DNA of 63,052 nt, counting the filler, from Chiloscyllium plagiosum (Eukaryota): assembly GCF_004010195.1 (NCBI RefSeq). It is 10 parts of 9 records of this genome, joined end to end, with 100 filler letters (N's around TTAATTAATTAA, not from the genome) between each part and the next. Parts side by side here need not be neighbours in the genome. Positions count along the whole stretch, not along the records: positions 50,751 to 52,493 come from NW_025169303.1; positions 52,594 to 59,668 come from NC_057718.1; positions 59,769 to 61,684 come from NW_025174367.1; positions 61,785 to 63,052 come from NW_025143176.1; 6 more parts are not named here. One strand, written 5' to 3'. The notes below the pieces were generated by a model. It did no database searches. It saw nothing but the letters and a program-made list of their open reading frames with translations, and was not told where the DNA came from. Positions 52,378 to 63,052 of the stretch are shown here, piece after piece. Position numbers and translations under genes: made by a program. Position 1 is the first letter of the stretch. The number at the start of each line of letters is the position of its first letter.

Positions 52378-52764
52378 GTAGGTTCCCTCAGGACAGAGAG
52401 ACAGCAGCGAGAGGAACGGGAACAGGAGCACAGGCCGGAAACTGGGAGCCTGCTCTATCACTCACTCATACTCACTCTCACACTCACTCTCACNNNNNNN
52501 NNNNNNNNNNNNNNNNNNNNNNNNNNNNNNNNNNNNNTTAATTAATTAANNNNNNNNNNNNNNNNNNNNNNNNNNNNNNNNNNNNNNNNNNNNGCCCCGC
52601 ACCGCCTTCCTGTCCTGCAGTCTTCTTCTTGACCTCTCTGCCTCCATCCTACTCCGACCTATCACCCTCACCTTGACCTCTTTCCACCTATCACATTTCC
52701 AACGCCCCTCCTCCAAGTCCCTCCTCCCTACCTTTTATCTTCTCCTGCTGGACACTCTCTGCTC

Positions 52765-52800
52765 ATTCCTGAAGAAGGGCCTGTGCCCGAAACGTCGAAT
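52765..52800 (+). ncRNA. Minimal hammerhead ribozyme in a Penelope 3' terminal repeat (about 52594-52895)
   Basis: ATTC-CTGAAGA-A-GGGCctgtGCCC-GAAA-C-GTC-GAAT. A degenerate sibling lies at 57903-57938. Confidence 0.75.
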
Positions 52801-54074
52801 CTCCTGTTCCTTGGATGCTGCCTGACCTGCTGTGCTGTCCCAGCAATAAAGTTTCAACTTTGATCTCCAGCATCTGCAGACCTCACTTTCTCCCCTAATC
52901 ATTCCTTGCCTTTCTAAATCCTCTGATTCAGAATCCCTTCCAATAACTTGTTCATCACCGATGTCAGGCTGACTGATCTATAATTCTCTGGTTTTTCCTT
53001 ACCTCCTTTCTTAAATAGTGGCACCATGTTAGCTAAACTCCAGGCTTCCAGTGCTTCACCTGTGCCTATCGATGGTTCACATATCTCAGCAATGCGTCCA
53101 GCAATCACTTTCCTAGCTTCCCACAGAGTTCTGGGTACATTTGATCAGGTCCCAGGGATTTGTCCACCTTTTTGCATCCAACAGCTCCTCACTGTTTATT
53201 TCTCCACATTCTTGAGCTTCCATTTGCTACTCCACAGTAAAAACTGAGGTGAAATACTCATTTAGTGTTTCACCCATCTTCTGCTGTTCCACAAATAAAT
53301 GGCCTTGTTGATCTTTAAGGGGCCTTATTGTCTCCCTAGTTTCACTTTTGCCTTTACTGTTATTATATAGTCTCTGGTTTCTCCTTAACCCCATTTGCCA
53401 AAGTTATCTCATGTCTCTTGTTTGCATTCCTGATTTCCCTCTTGAGGGTACTCCTACTGCTCTTAGACATCTCAAGGGATTAACTTGATCCTTACACTCT
53501 ATACCTGTCATATACCTCTTTCTTTTTCTTGACCAGAGCTTCAATTTCTCTAGTCACCCTGCATTTCCAACATCTACCAGCCTTGCCCTATGGTCTTTGG
53601 ACTTATGCTACCTCATTTTTGAAGGCCTCCCACTTTCCAAACCCTCCTTTACCTGTGAATAGCCTCTCAGAGTCAACTTTTGAATGCTCTTGCCTAATAC
53701 CATCAAAATCTACCTTCCTCCAATTTAAAACTTTAACTTTTAGATCAGGTTGATCCTTTTCTATTACTATTTTAAAACTAATAGAATTATGAGCACTGAC
53801 CCCAAAGTGCTCCATCACTGACACCTCAGTCTCTTGTCCTGCCTTATTTCCCAATAGAAGGTGAAGTTTTGCTCCACATACTGAATAAAAAAGTTTTCTT
53901 GCACGCACTTAACAATTCCTCTCCATTAAAGTCCTGAGCTCTGTGGCAGTCCCAGTCTATGCTTGGAAAATTAAAATCCTCTATCATTACAACCCTATCA
54001 TTCTTACAGATAACTGAGATCTCCTTAAAAATTTGTTTCTCAATTTACCACTTTCTATTGTGAGGTCTGTAGTA

Positions 54075-54600
54075 CAGGATGTGGATGTAGGTTTGTTCAT
54101 TTTCAGATATTTCATCGCCATACTAGGTAACATCATTAGTGAGTCTCCAGATGAAGCACTGGTTGTATGGCCTGCATTTTATTTATGTGTTTAGGTTTCC
54201 TTGTGTTGGTGACATTGTTTCCTGTTGTGATGTCGTTTCCCATGGTGATGCCATTTCCTGTTTTTCTCAGGGGGTTGTAAATGTGATCCAAGTCAATGTG
54301 TTTGCTGATAGAGTTCTGGTTAGAATGCCATGATTCTAGGAACTCTCGTGGGCGTCTTTGTTTGGTTTGTCCTAGAATGGATATGTTGTCCCAGTCGAAG
54401 TGTTGTCCTTCCTCATCTGTATGTAAGGATACTAGTGAGAGTGGATCATGTCTTTTTGTGGCTAGTTGATGTTCATGTATCCTGGTGGCTAGTTTTCTGC
54501 CTGTTTGTCCAAAGTAGTGTTTGTTACAGTTCTTGCAAGGTATTTTGTAAATGACATTAGTTTTGTTTGTTGTCTGTATAGGGCCCTTCAAGTTCATTAG
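54075..54600 (-). mobile_element. Penelope-like element 3' part (GIY-YIG), inserted in a minus-strand CR1 (about 52900-54980)
   Basis: NVIYKIPCKNCNKHYFGQTGRKLATRIHEH...HFDW...REFLESWH. Confidence 0.88.
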
Positions 54601-55286
54601 TTACAGTTTTAAAACAGCTCCTCAGTTATGTATTCATCTGCTCTATCTTCCTATTCCTACTGTCATTAGCTCATGGCACCAGGAATAATGTAAATATTAC
54701 TATCTCGAGGACCTCCATTTTAATCTCCTGCCTATTTTTTCTGCATTCTCTCATCAGAATCTCATCCATTTCTCTTCCTATTTTGTTGATATCAATGTGA
54801 ACAACAACCTCTGGCAGTTACTCTCCCCTTTGAGAACATTCTGCAGCCTCCGTTGAGATATTCTCGATCCTGGTACGAGGCAGGCAATCCATCATTCTGA
54901 TGACTTGCTATCTTCCGCAGAAGCATCTGCCTGTGTCTCTGACTAAAGAGTACCCTATCACAGTCGATCGCTTGGAACCTGACTCCAAAATGATCCACTC
55001 GGTGCTTCCCCTTCCTCAGCTTGCTCCGTACCGAGCAACATTCCTGAGAAAGATCCACAAACAAGACATCCTTCAGATCAAGGTGATGGAGACTGTGGGA
55101 TAACACTCGCACATTGTCCTCTTGTGACAGAGGTCATTTGTCAAATGGCTGTCTTGGAGCTCCTACACTGAGAGTGGGCCTTGCTGAACAGGTTGAGAAC
55201 CAGCCAAAGTCCCTGAAGCGGCTAGATCCCTCCCTCAGAGGCCTTAGTCCAAAGCCCTACGTCACACACAGGTGGAGAGACACAGA

Positions 55287-55380
55287 CTACACTGCACCTT
55301 CCTGAGGAGTGTCCCTTTGACAGATGAACAGACTCATCACCACAATCACCCCCAGCAAATCAGGAGGGGATCACTGGGCT
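55287..55380 (-). pseudogene. Frameshifted transmembrane-like exon downstream of the VJ exon
   Basis: Acceptor ATCAAG|AG gives EPSDPLLI in frame with the V exon. The neighbouring frame reads LLGVIVVMSLFICQR. Confidence 0.5.
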
Positions 55381-55646
55381 CTTGATATTTTAATTTGGTG
55401 AATAATATATTGGGATATTTCGCCAACAATCACGAAATGAAGAAAAAGTGAAATATAGAACTACTGATTTAATTCATTTAAGACACTTTACAGCTCAAGT
55501 AGAAACATTGTTTTTGAGATTGTGGAAGACATTTTAAAACATAAATTAAAAATAAAAAGCAAATATTAGGATTGGATCCCCAAATTGCAGCCTGTCCATC
55601 ACCCACACAATCAGAGATCAGTTAGTATCATGTAAACAGGACTTAT

Positions 55647-55991
55647 CCATTAGAGTCAGTTGGGTTCCTGTCCCACTGATATCAATCCACACTTTACAGT
55701 AATAGACCCCAGTGTCTCTGGGCTGCGTGCTTGTGATGGTCAGAATGAAGCTGTTATTGGAGGGGTCTCTGGAAGACTGGAATTACACAGTGAACCCTGG
55801 ACTCCATTGTGTGATGTTCCTCACGTGATGTGTTAAAGCCCACTCCATTTTCTTCCCTGGTTGCTCCTGGTCCCAGTGAACATCGGTGTGTGTCACTGCA
55901 GCGTTCCTCATAGTGCACTGTAACCGGGTAGTGTGACCCTCAGTGACACGTTCCAGGCTTGGAGACTGGAGAAGGACTGGGGCATTTTCAA
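55647..55991 (-). pseudogene. Non-rearranging, germline-fused VJ-type V-set domain exon
   Basis: Acceptor TCTCTTAAAG|TT; 345 nt. ENAPVLLQSPSLERVTEGHTTRLQCTMRNAAVTHTDVHWDQEQPGKKMEWALTHHVRNITQWSPGFTV*FQSSRDPSNNSFILTITSTQPRDTGVYYCKVWIDISGTGTQLTLM. TAA at 55785-55783; donor mutated to G|ATAAGT. Confidence 0.88.
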
Positions 55992-58900
55992 CTTTAAGAG
56001 AAAATATGTGATTAAATTAAAACTAGTCTGAAAGCTGGTAAAATCTCAAATACTTAACAAAGGACATATCAGTTCATGCTATCTTGGGTAATATCTCGAC
56101 CTAGTGCGGATGATACTAAGGTTGATGGAGTTGTGGATAGTGACGAAGGATGTTTTAGACGACAGAAAGACATGGATAAGCTGTAGAGTTGGGCTGAGAG
56201 GTGGCAAATGGAGTTTAATGTGGAAAAGTGTGAGGTGATTCACTTTGAAAGGTGTACCAGGAATGCAGAGTACTGAACAAATGGTAAGATTCTTGGTAGT
56301 TTAGATGTGCAGAGAGATCTCTGTGTCCATGTACATAGATCCCTGAAAGTTGCCACCCAGGTTAATAGGGTTATTAAGATGGCATTTGGTGTGTTAGTTT
56401 TTATTAGTAGAGGGATTGAGTTTCAGAACCATGAGATCATGCTGCAGCTGTACAAACTTTAGTGCAGCCACATTTGGAGTATTGCGTCCAGTTCTGGTCA
56501 CCGCATTATAAAAAGGATGTGGAAACCTTGGAAAGGGTTCAGAGAAGATTTAGTAGGATGTTGCCTGGTATGGAGGGAAAATCTTATGAGGAAAGACTGA
56601 TGAACTTGAGGCTGTTTTCACGAGAGAGAAGAAGGTTGAGAGTTGGCTTAATTGAGACATACACTATAATCAGAGGCTTAGATAAGTTGGACAATGGGAA
56701 CTTTTTTCCTTGCATGCTGATGGTTAGCAAGAGTGGACATAGCTTTAAATTGGGTGATTGATGTAGGACAGATGTCAGAAGTAGTTTCTTTACTCAGAGA
56801 ATAGTAGGGGTAAGAAATGCCCTGCCTGCAACAGTAGTAGACTCGTCAACTTGAAGGGCATTTAAATGATCATTGAATAGGTAAATGGACATCAACTAGC
56901 CACAAAAAGAATGAAATAGTAGAGGTAAAAAGTCTGTTTGGAGGTGGTGGAAATTTGGATAATTTGGTTTATGCGGATGATTTGGTTTATGCGAAGGTTG
57001 GTAGGGTGGAAGGTGAGCACCAGGGGCGTTCTGTCCTTGTTGCGGTTGGAGGGGTGGGGTCTGAGGGCGGAGGTACAGGATGTAGACGAGATGCGTTGGA
57101 GGGCATCTTTAACCACGTGGGAAGAGAAATTGCGGTCTCTAAAGAAAGTGGCTATCTNNNNNNNNNNNNNNNNNNNNNNNNNNNNNNNNNNNNNNNNNNN
57201 NNNNNNNNNNNNNNNNNNNNNNNNNNNNNNNNNNNNNNNNNNNNNNNNNNNNNNNNNNNNNNNNNNNNNNNNNNNNNNNNNNNNNNNNNNNNNNNNNNNN
57301 NNNNNNNNNNNNNNNNNNNNNNNNNNNNNNNNNNNNNNNNNNNNNNNNNNNNNNNNNNNNNNNNNNNNNNNNNNNNNNNNNNNNNNNNNNNNNNNNNNNN
57401 NNNNNNNNNNNNNNNNNNNNNNNNNNNNNNNNNNNNNNNNNNNNNNNNNNNNNNNNNNNNNNNNNNNNNNNNNNNNNNNNNNNNNNNNNNNNNNNNNNNN
57501 NNNNNNNNNNNNNNNNNNNNNNNNNNNNNNNNNNNNNNNNNNNNNNNNNNNNNNNNNNNNNNNNNNNNNNNNNNNNNNNNNNNNNNNNNNNNNNNNNNNN
57601 NNNNNNNNNNNNNNNNNNNNNNNNNNNNNNNNNNNNNNNNNNNNNNNNNNNNNNNNNNNNNNNNNNNNNNNNNNNNNNNNNNNNNNNNNNNNNNNNNNNN
57701 NNNNNNNNNNNNNNNNNNNNNNNNNNNNNNNNNNNNNNNNNNNNNNNNNNNNNNNNNNNNNNNNNNNNNNNNNNNNNNNNNNNNNNNNNNNNNNCTATCA
57801 CCTTCATCCCCTCCCCCACTCACCTATTGTACTCTATGCTACTTTCTCCCCATCCCCACCCTCCTCTAGCTTATCTCTCCACGCTTCAGGCTCCCTGCCT
57901 TTATTCCTGATGAAGTGTTTTTGCCCGAAACGTCGATTTCACTGCTCCTTGGATGCTGCCTGAATTGCTGTGCTCTTCCAGCACCACTAATCCAGAATCT
58001 GGTTTCCAGCATCTGCAGCCATTGTTTTTACCACAGCAATGTTTGTGCTTTCTCTGAGAACATGAGAATCTGGGAATGGGGATTGTGTTATTCACGAGTC
58101 TAAAAGGTACTATTATGTACAGCTGCTTCAGAAATGGAAGGGGCTCCTATTATACATAAACATGACCATCTTCAGGCACGGCAATATCTGGGCTAACAAT
58201 AGTGATTGGGTGACAGAGAGCAGGATTATTTCTCATGCTTCATATGATCTGTTGCAAGATAGAGTCGGAGACTTTTGTACTCTCAGGTCATAGGGTGTGA
58301 TGCAGTGATGATGCTATCAGCATGTAGAATAACAGATTCAATCAGTACAGGAGAGGCCTTTCAGCCCATCAAGTGGTCCCATCAAACACTCCATTGAACC
58401 TACTCTAGTCCCAATTGCCATTACTATGCTCACAGCCTTGAATGTTGTGACATTTCAGTTGCTCCTGCAAGGACATTTCAAAGGTTGTGAGATTTCCAGC
58501 CTCAGCTCTCTTCCCAGGCAGTACATTTCAGATTGTCACCATCCTTTGTGTGAAAAGACCTTTCCCCTCTCAACCTCCTGCCTTTTATAGAATTATCGAG
58601 TCATACAGCATGGAAATAGAATCTTCAGTCCAATTCGACCACATTTCCCAAATTAAACTGGTTCCATTTGCCGGGCATTTGGCCTGTATCCAATGAAACC
58701 TTTCCAATTCATTGACCTGTTCAGGTGTCTTTTGAATGTTGTAACTGTACCTGTATCTATCATGTTCTCTGTCAGTTCAGATACGAATCAGTCTCTGTGA
58801 AAAAATTGCTCCCCAGGTCCCTTTTAAATCTTTCTCTTCTCACTTTAAAAATCTGTGCTCTAGTTTTGAATTTGCCTTCCGTAGGGAAATGGCTGTTGCT

Positions 58901-59980
58901 ATTCCTCTTATCTCTGCCACTTCTAATCTTCTGCACTGCACTCAGATTCCCAAACCCCATGACCTTCTCTGCTCCAAAAAAAACAGCCCAAGCTTATCTA
59001 GCCTCTCTTCATCACTGAAATGCTCCATCCCAGGCAACATCCTGTTGAATCTCCTCTGTACCCTCTCAATTTCAATTACATCCTTCCTATTGTGTGGTGA
59101 CCAGAACTACACACAGTTCTCCAGCTGTGGCCTGACTAATGTCCTGTATAGCCCCAACATCACCTCCCTGCTCTTACAGTTTATGCCTTGACTGATAAAG
59201 GCAAGTATCCCATTTGCCTTCGTATCAACCCTTTTACCCTGTCCTGCCACCTTCAGGGATCTCTGGATAAGCTCTCCAAGCTCCCTCTGTCCCTCTGAGC
59301 TTCCTCGTGTCCTGTCATTCATTGAGTCCTCCATGTCTCAGACAGATGACCTGACACACTGACTGTGAGACTGAGAACAACAACCAATGAAGTGGAATTA
59401 AAAACCCAACCTAATGGTGACAATTGAAACCTGGTCAATGGTCATCAATAACTTCCCAGTTAATGAACACATCTGTCAGAGAGGGAAACCTGTTGGTTAT
59501 AACTTTGAGTGCGAGCAGCAGCTAAGGTAAGACTGTTTGTTTTAAAATTACTTACCGGTAGTGGGCAGCGGTGTTTTTTTTTCTCTCTTTTACAGAAAGA
59601 GCGGGAGCAGCAGGGGGAAGTGACGAAGACCGGAGGGGCAGCCGGGTAGGTTTTTTCCTATAAAAGCGNNNNNNNNNNNNNNNNNNNNNNNNNNNNNNNN
59701 NNNNNNNNNNNNTTAATTAATTAANNNNNNNNNNNNNNNNNNNNNNNNNNNNNNNNNNNNNNNNNNNNGGAGCTTGAGGAAATCACTTGTGGAGATTTTC
59801 TTAATAACATGAGAATCTTGTCCCTTTAAGCAGTGATAAAAACCTTAAATTGGAGCTGGTGGCTGAGGGTGGCTGAGCAGGAAGGAGATCTGGTTTACTG
59901 AAGCAGAAACTTCTGAGGTTCACATTGTTTTGAACAGCTGACAATCTTTAGCAACTTGAAGAGATTTTACTTGACATCAC

Positions 59981-60551
59981 TGTTAGAAACGAAAATCGCT
60001 TCTCAATAATCGCTCTAGACAAATTCAGGAAAACAAAGTTTTATTAACAAGTCAAGTCTGCAGAGTCGGGCACCCTTAAAGAAAAGGCGCGCTGAGGCTT
60101 ACAAAGTCTCCATTATTTATAGGACAAGTCCCTCCTCTCCTTGGCTCCAACAAGCCATGAGGTTCACATTCTTAAAAACATCATTATTTTTATCACAAAG
60201 TCTGCAACAAAAGGCTCCAGAGTCTCCAAAGTTTGTTGTTTTTCTCACCCTGTAGTCTTATCAGTCAAAAGCTTTTTAATCTTGAAACAGATGTCTCAAG
60301 TCGTCCTCCCATCCTGGAGTCTTATCAGAGAAGGACTCATCCTTCTCTGCTGTGTGAATGGCTTCATTAATCAAGAGCCTGCATGCTTTTACTATAGCTC
60401 ACAAATTGTCAGCATTCTGCACAATTTAAACTACTCTACTTTTGAGTATATAAAATGGTTGTTAGAAAAGAAACAAAGGTTTTGTCTTTTATTATAGATC
60501 AGTCTGTGGTCCAGGCACATCTTAAAGTTTAAACCGAAATTACCTCTTACA
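59981..60551 (-). mobile_element. Solo LTR in the 3'UTR of a kappa C pseudogene
   Basis: TGTTAG...CTTACA termini and a 5-bp duplication ATCAC (59976-59980, 60552-60556). Minus-strand TATAAA (60121-60116) and AATAAA (60045-60040). Absent from the paralogous UTRs. Confidence 0.85.
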
Positions 60552-60796
60552 ATCACAAATCACCCCTGTTCCCATCAAACACTCATCGGACAAGAACAGC
60601 ATGAGGTTTGACATACTGTAAAGGTCTCTCTACACTGTCCCAATGACGTGCCTGAACTCCTGAACCTCAGAAATGCCTCTGAGGAGTTCTGAAAAGGAAA
60701 ATAATTGAAATTTAATGCTCACAATGATCTTTGTCCTGCCAGCTCAGCCCTGTCCTATTTAAAGTTGTGTCTCCTCTGTGGACTGTCTCAAACACT

Positions 60797-61127
60797 CTAC
60801 ACACATTCTGATCTCCTGATGCTCTTTTGCTGAGGGGAGAGGGGAAGGTTACGTGGGTGAGGGCACAGGAGAAGCGAGCGTTGGACTCCCAGTCAGACCC
60901 AGAGAGGGTCAGCAGGCTGCTGACACTGTAGGTGCTGTCCGAAGCTCGCAGGTAGTTGCTGGTCTAAACCCCGTCCGAAATGACTGCACCATCCTTCTTC
61001 CACTGCACCTCCAGCTCATTAGGATAGAAGTGATTGGCAAGGCACACCAGGGTGGCAGTGCCCTTGGCATTGACCTGCTCTGGGGAGGGGGGCAGCAGGG
61101 TCAGCATGGGCTGAGAGTTGTCACGGC
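60797..61127 (-). pseudogene. IGKC: Kappa light-chain C exon with a stop and a frameshift
   Basis: CAG is replaced by TAG at 60966-60964, and there is a 2-nt insertion near the 3' end (331 vs 329 nt). Confidence 0.9.
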
Positions 61128-61784
61128 CTGAAAGACAAGAAAATCAATTTTAATCCCTGCCAGTTTCAACTTTCAGAATATTCACTTGGAAAACATTTGA
61201 ACATTTGTAGCCAACAGCTAACAAACCTGACGAAAGAACAGACATTGTTTAAATTGCTTCTTGGGATATGAGTGTCACTGGCAGGGCCAGCATTTATTAC
61301 CCATACCTCATTGCCCCTGAGAAGGTGATGGTGAAAGAGAAGGGACAGTTTGGACCATAATTTAGGAAATGAATGTGGGCAGCTAGAAGGGTGATCAATG
61401 GGGAAGCATTTCAGTGACAGTGATCAGAACTCAGTGAGATTGAGAATAGGGATAGAAATGGAGAACAATGGAGCAAGTGTAAAAGTTTTCATTTGGGAGT
61501 GAAATATTTTACTAAACTGTGCGGTGCTTTGGTAAAAGTGAACTGGACCAACGACATGATGGGAAATCAGTGTCAGGGCAGTAGGATCCCTCAAAGGAGG
61601 AGAAAGAGATCGTTCAGAATCTGTTCCCACAATGAGTAAGGGTGGGGACTCCCAAATCTAGACTTTCAGCCTGGGATGTCAAAANNNNNNNNNNNNNNNN
61701 NNNNNNNNNNNNNNNNNNNNNNNNNNNNTTAATTAATTAANNNNNNNNNNNNNNNNNNNNNNNNNNNNNNNNNNNNNNNNNNNN

Positions 61785-61975
61785 GTTGTTCCAGGAATCA
61801 TCAGAATTCCATTTCTCCTTAGTCATCACTGCAATGGGATTGGACGTGATCCATCTCATTCTGTCTGGGTCTAAACTGATAAAGTCTTCTCCATCAAATC
61901 CAAATCTCATCGATGTCTTAATGCTGCCGTCATCACTGACCTCAACAGTAGTTATCCGTTGAAAAATGTGAACTC
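61785..61975 (-). CDS. MHC class I alpha2 exon, partial, probably nonclassical
   Basis: Acceptor TTGACAG|GA. GVHIFQRITTVEVSDDGSIKTSMRFGFDGEDFISLDPDRMRWITSNPIAVMTKEKWNSDDSWNN aligns with class I alpha2 (GxH..Q, DGxDFI, W, TKxKW). Cut by a linker. Confidence 0.88.
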
Positions 61976-63052
61976 CTGTCAATGATCAAACAGTCATAGA
62001 TAATTAATAATTAATAACCAGAGGAACAATCTGATCAAAGGGGAAGGGGGATCCTGTATCAGGCCCAGGAAAAGGGGGTTACACACGGTGCTAATCTCCA
62101 GACTCGGATAGCATTGACCCTTTCTCCAGTGGTTGCTTCACACCTCAACCTGGAGCAGATAGGGAATGGGCTCTCCGATCTGGGTCAGAATTCCAGTGCT
62201 CACATTCCCACTGTCCTGGAACGACAGGCCCAGTCCTTCTGGTCATTTGTTTCAATCACAGGCTGCATTCTGGGGGATGTAGTCCATGTCTGTCCGTGAC
62301 CACTCTGTCAGCCTCCCACAGGCACTGGCCCACGATCGGACTCTGTGTGTTATTTACAAGGACCCTCTCCCTGCGTGGGGCTGTGCAATCTCTTCCCCTG
62401 AGCCTGGCTGAATGGAGATGAGGATCAATCTCTTTAAGTTACTCACTACCTGTGAGTTTTATAAATGACTTGGATGTGCATATAGGAGGGAATGGTTAGT
62501 AATGGTTCGTTTGTAGATGACACCAAAACAGGAAATGTAGTGGGCAGTGAGGAAGGTTATCTCAGAGTACAGTGGGACCTTGATCAGATGGGCTGAGGAG
62601 TGGCAGATGGCAATTAATTTAGATAAATTTTGGGTAAATCATAGCAGCATTTACACAGTTAATGGTAGGGTGCTGGGGAGTGTTGCCAAACAAACAGACC
62701 TTGGGGTGTAGGGTCATAGTTTCTGAAGGTGGAGTTACAGATTGACAGGATAGTGAAGAAGGTGTTTGGTCTCCTTGCCTTTATGAGTCAGTGGATTGAG
62801 TACAGGAGTTGGGATATCATGTTGCAGCTGTACAGGACATTGATTCAGTCACTTTCCGAATGCTGTGTTAAATTCTTGACTTCGTGCTATTTGAAACATG
62901 AAAGGGTTCAGAAAAGATTTACAAGGTTTGGAGCTATAGGGAGAGACTGAATAGGTTGGGGCTATTTTCCCTGAAGTGTGGGAGGCTGAGGGGTGACCTT
63001 TTAGAAGTTTTATAAAACCATCCTATCTGTTGTGAAACTTGAAAGGGTTCAG

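Noticed and set aside
55020-55130. Possible ITIM-like remnants (ECYPTV, DVLFVDL) downstream of the VJ/TM exons
   Set aside because: They are in different frames with no defined splice sites; too weak to call.
55786-55792. CACAGTG inside the fused VJ exon
   Set aside because: It lies mid-domain, not at the V-J junction, and has no properly spaced nonamer.
59500-59668. CpG-rich stretch with donor/acceptor-like sites and TATAAAA
   Set aside because: Truncated by a linker and resembles a LINE 5'UTR; no gene can be tied to it.
60712-60830. Frameshift-extended kappa C-terminus (…RASGDQNVCRV…DHCEH*)
   Set aside because: The upstream TAG at 60966-60964 ends translation first.
62000-62450. Searched for the MHC class I alpha1 exon upstream of alpha2
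   Set aside because: No recognisable alpha1 motifs or splice boundaries found within the window.

Overview
Vertebrate DNA from a cartilaginous fish (shark), judged from cluster-type Ig organisation, shark-like IgM and kappa sequences and shark SINE/CR1/Penelope repeats. It is not one natural locus. Nine identical 100-nt linkers (N44-TTAATTAATTAA-N44) join ten separate contigs, so adjacency across linkers is unproven. Known immune genes: a plus-strand IgM constant region (end of CH2, CH3, CH4 plus secretory tail); four kappa-type (type III/NS4-like) light-chain C exons (one intact, three broken); a minus-strand L-VH-D1-D2-JH cluster whose D2 and JH recombination signals (RSS) are damaged by locally copied sequence; and minus-strand IgM CH1, CH2 and CH4 exons with structural lesions. 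Less expected genes: a GC-rich C1-set plus transmembrane gene that fits neither Ig nor TCR; a germline-fused, RSS-free VJ-domain exon with a TM-like exon, absent from the ORF track because of a stop codon; and an MHC class I alpha2 exon lacking the canonical Cys101. The rest is decayed CR1, L1 and Penelope retroelements, SINEs, a solo LTR, and palindromic Penelope-derived elements carrying minimal hammerhead ribozymes. Family assignments come from motif recognition only; no database search was run.
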